A DNA stretch of 64,000 nucleotides, taken from positions 23,664 through 87,663 of the forward strand of contig JAZSNM010000025.1 of the NCBI GenBank assembly GCA_045536405.1, in the 5' to 3' direction. The stretch's first letter is position 1. Every line of letters starts with the position of its first letter. Source of the DNA: Christensenellaceae bacterium. Lineage in GTDB: Bacteria > Bacillota > Clostridia > Christensenellales > Borkfalkiaceae. The position numbers and the translations under genes were made by a program. Below the pieces are notes generated by a model that was not told the DNA's origin, searched no databases, and worked only from the letters and a program-made list of their open reading frames with translations. Shown in pieces: positions 63,317-64,000 of this stretch.

Positions 63317-63766
63317 ATGATAATTACATTTTGCGGACATTCCGATTTTTTGTTTAACGACGACATCAAAGAACAACTAAAAAATATTCTCGTTGGCGAG
63401 ATAATAAAAAATCCCACCTGTAAATTTTACTTAGGTGGGTATGGTGATTTTGACGTATTGTGTTTGCGTACTTTAAAAGATTTGAAAGCCAATTTTCCGG
63501 AGATTGAGCTTATATTTATTACGCCCTATCTTGATAAGAATTATTCTAAATTAGAGTTCGCTAAATATCATTATGACGACGTTATATTCCCTCCTATTGA
63601 AAGTGTTCCACGTAAGTTTGCAATCTTAAAAAGAAATGAGTGGATGGTTGAAGAAGCCGATTTAGTTATTGCCTACGTTATGTATTCTTGGGGTGGAGCT
63701 GCAAAAACTTTAGAATATGCTAAGCGCAAAAAGAAAACTATTATTAATCTTGCTTGTACAAAATAA
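63317..63766 (+). CDS. SLOG-fold (YpsA/DUF1273-like) protein
   Basis: The start is set at the ATG at 63317 (MIITFCGHS). GGYGDFD, FITPY and EWMVEEADLVIAY fit the SLOG/DUF1273 pattern I recall. An extended -10, TGATATAAT, lies at about 63277-63285. Confidence 0.5.
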   Translation: MIITFCGHSDFLFNDDIKEQLKNILVGEIIKNPTCKFYLGGYGDFDVLCLRTLKDLKANFPEIELIFITPYLDKNYSKLEFAKYHYDDVIFPPIESVPRKFAILKRNEWMVEEADLVIAYVMYSWGGAAKTLEYAKRKKKTIINLACTK

Positions 63767-63838
63767 TAAGCCGGTGGTTTTTGCCACCGACTTACCTGTT
63801 TTATCGTCGTGTTTAATTACGTCTTCAAGTAGAGTTTT

Positions 63839-64000
63839 TTATTTCTCCATGCCACAGGTGTAGCATTGTTCGGATAGCATTTCTTCGTTTTTGATACTGC
63901 TATATAATCTAAAACCACCTGCAAAGTTGTAGGCATCAAAGCCGTTTTGCATTAAAATGCGTGTTGCAAGATAACTACGCAAGCCACTTTGGCACATGAC
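63839..64000 (-). CDS. Rhodanese-domain C-terminus (gene start lies beyond the window end)
   Basis: My translation is VMCQSGLRSYLATRILMQNGFDAYNFAGGFRLYSSIKNEEMLSEQCYTCGMEK*. The CQSGxRS active-site loop is typical of rhodanese. Confidence 0.6.
   Translation of the reverse strand, partial: VMCQSGLRSYLATRILMQNGFDAYNFAGGFRLYSSIKNEEMLSEQCYTCGMEK

Overview
This 64-kb window comes from a low-GC Bacillota-like chromosome. My hand counts on single 60-nt lines give about 37% GC in core genes, about 25% in the 53.7-60.5 kb island and about 47% in the 35.5-46.9 kb block. Core content: two tandem SGNH hydrolases, an HtrA-like lipoprotein protease, tRNA-Leu, a glycan/amino-sugar cluster (GH78-like, class-II amidotransferase, hexapeptide transferase, HTH-fused GlmM, GH20), malic enzyme and proBAC. 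There are three accessory regions. (1) 5392-18976 is a 13.6-kb element integrated into the 3' end of tRNA-Leu, with exact 28-bp direct repeats, a tyrosine integrase and an XRE switch. In place of tailed-phage genes it carries three membrane-anchored or secreted proteins, a TM-fused Zot/pI-like P-loop ATPase, a RepL-like protein and two GC-rich ORF-free structured blocks. I read it as a non-tailed (inovirus- or plasmavirus-like) prophage or a minimal transfer element. (2) 33.05-53.69 kb is a mosaic segment bracketed by 129-nt direct repeats. It holds ankyrin and DUF1835-like genes and a high-GC sugar-utilisation block containing gene remnants (frameshifted IS200 tnpA; ppdK, LRR and Y-family polymerase fragments). 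It also holds a serine-recombinase/TnpV/relaxase/MobC mobilisable module with an RSF1010-like oriT candidate. (3) 53.7-63.8 kb is a defence island: a coiled-coil/TM protein, a DUF2971-like protein, Type III res-mod, AbiEii-AbiEi, two XRE regulators and a SLOG-fold protein. A conserved promoter-operator module (ATATGAC-N7-GTCATAT placed 9 nt upstream of TGnTATAAT) recurs four times and links the Type III mod gene, the mobilisable element's HTH gene and the DUF1835-like gene. The most novel-looking candidates are the atypical prophage envelope/ATPase module and the DUF2971 + TM gene pair attached to the Type III R-M. All family calls rest on motifs read by eye; no searches were run.
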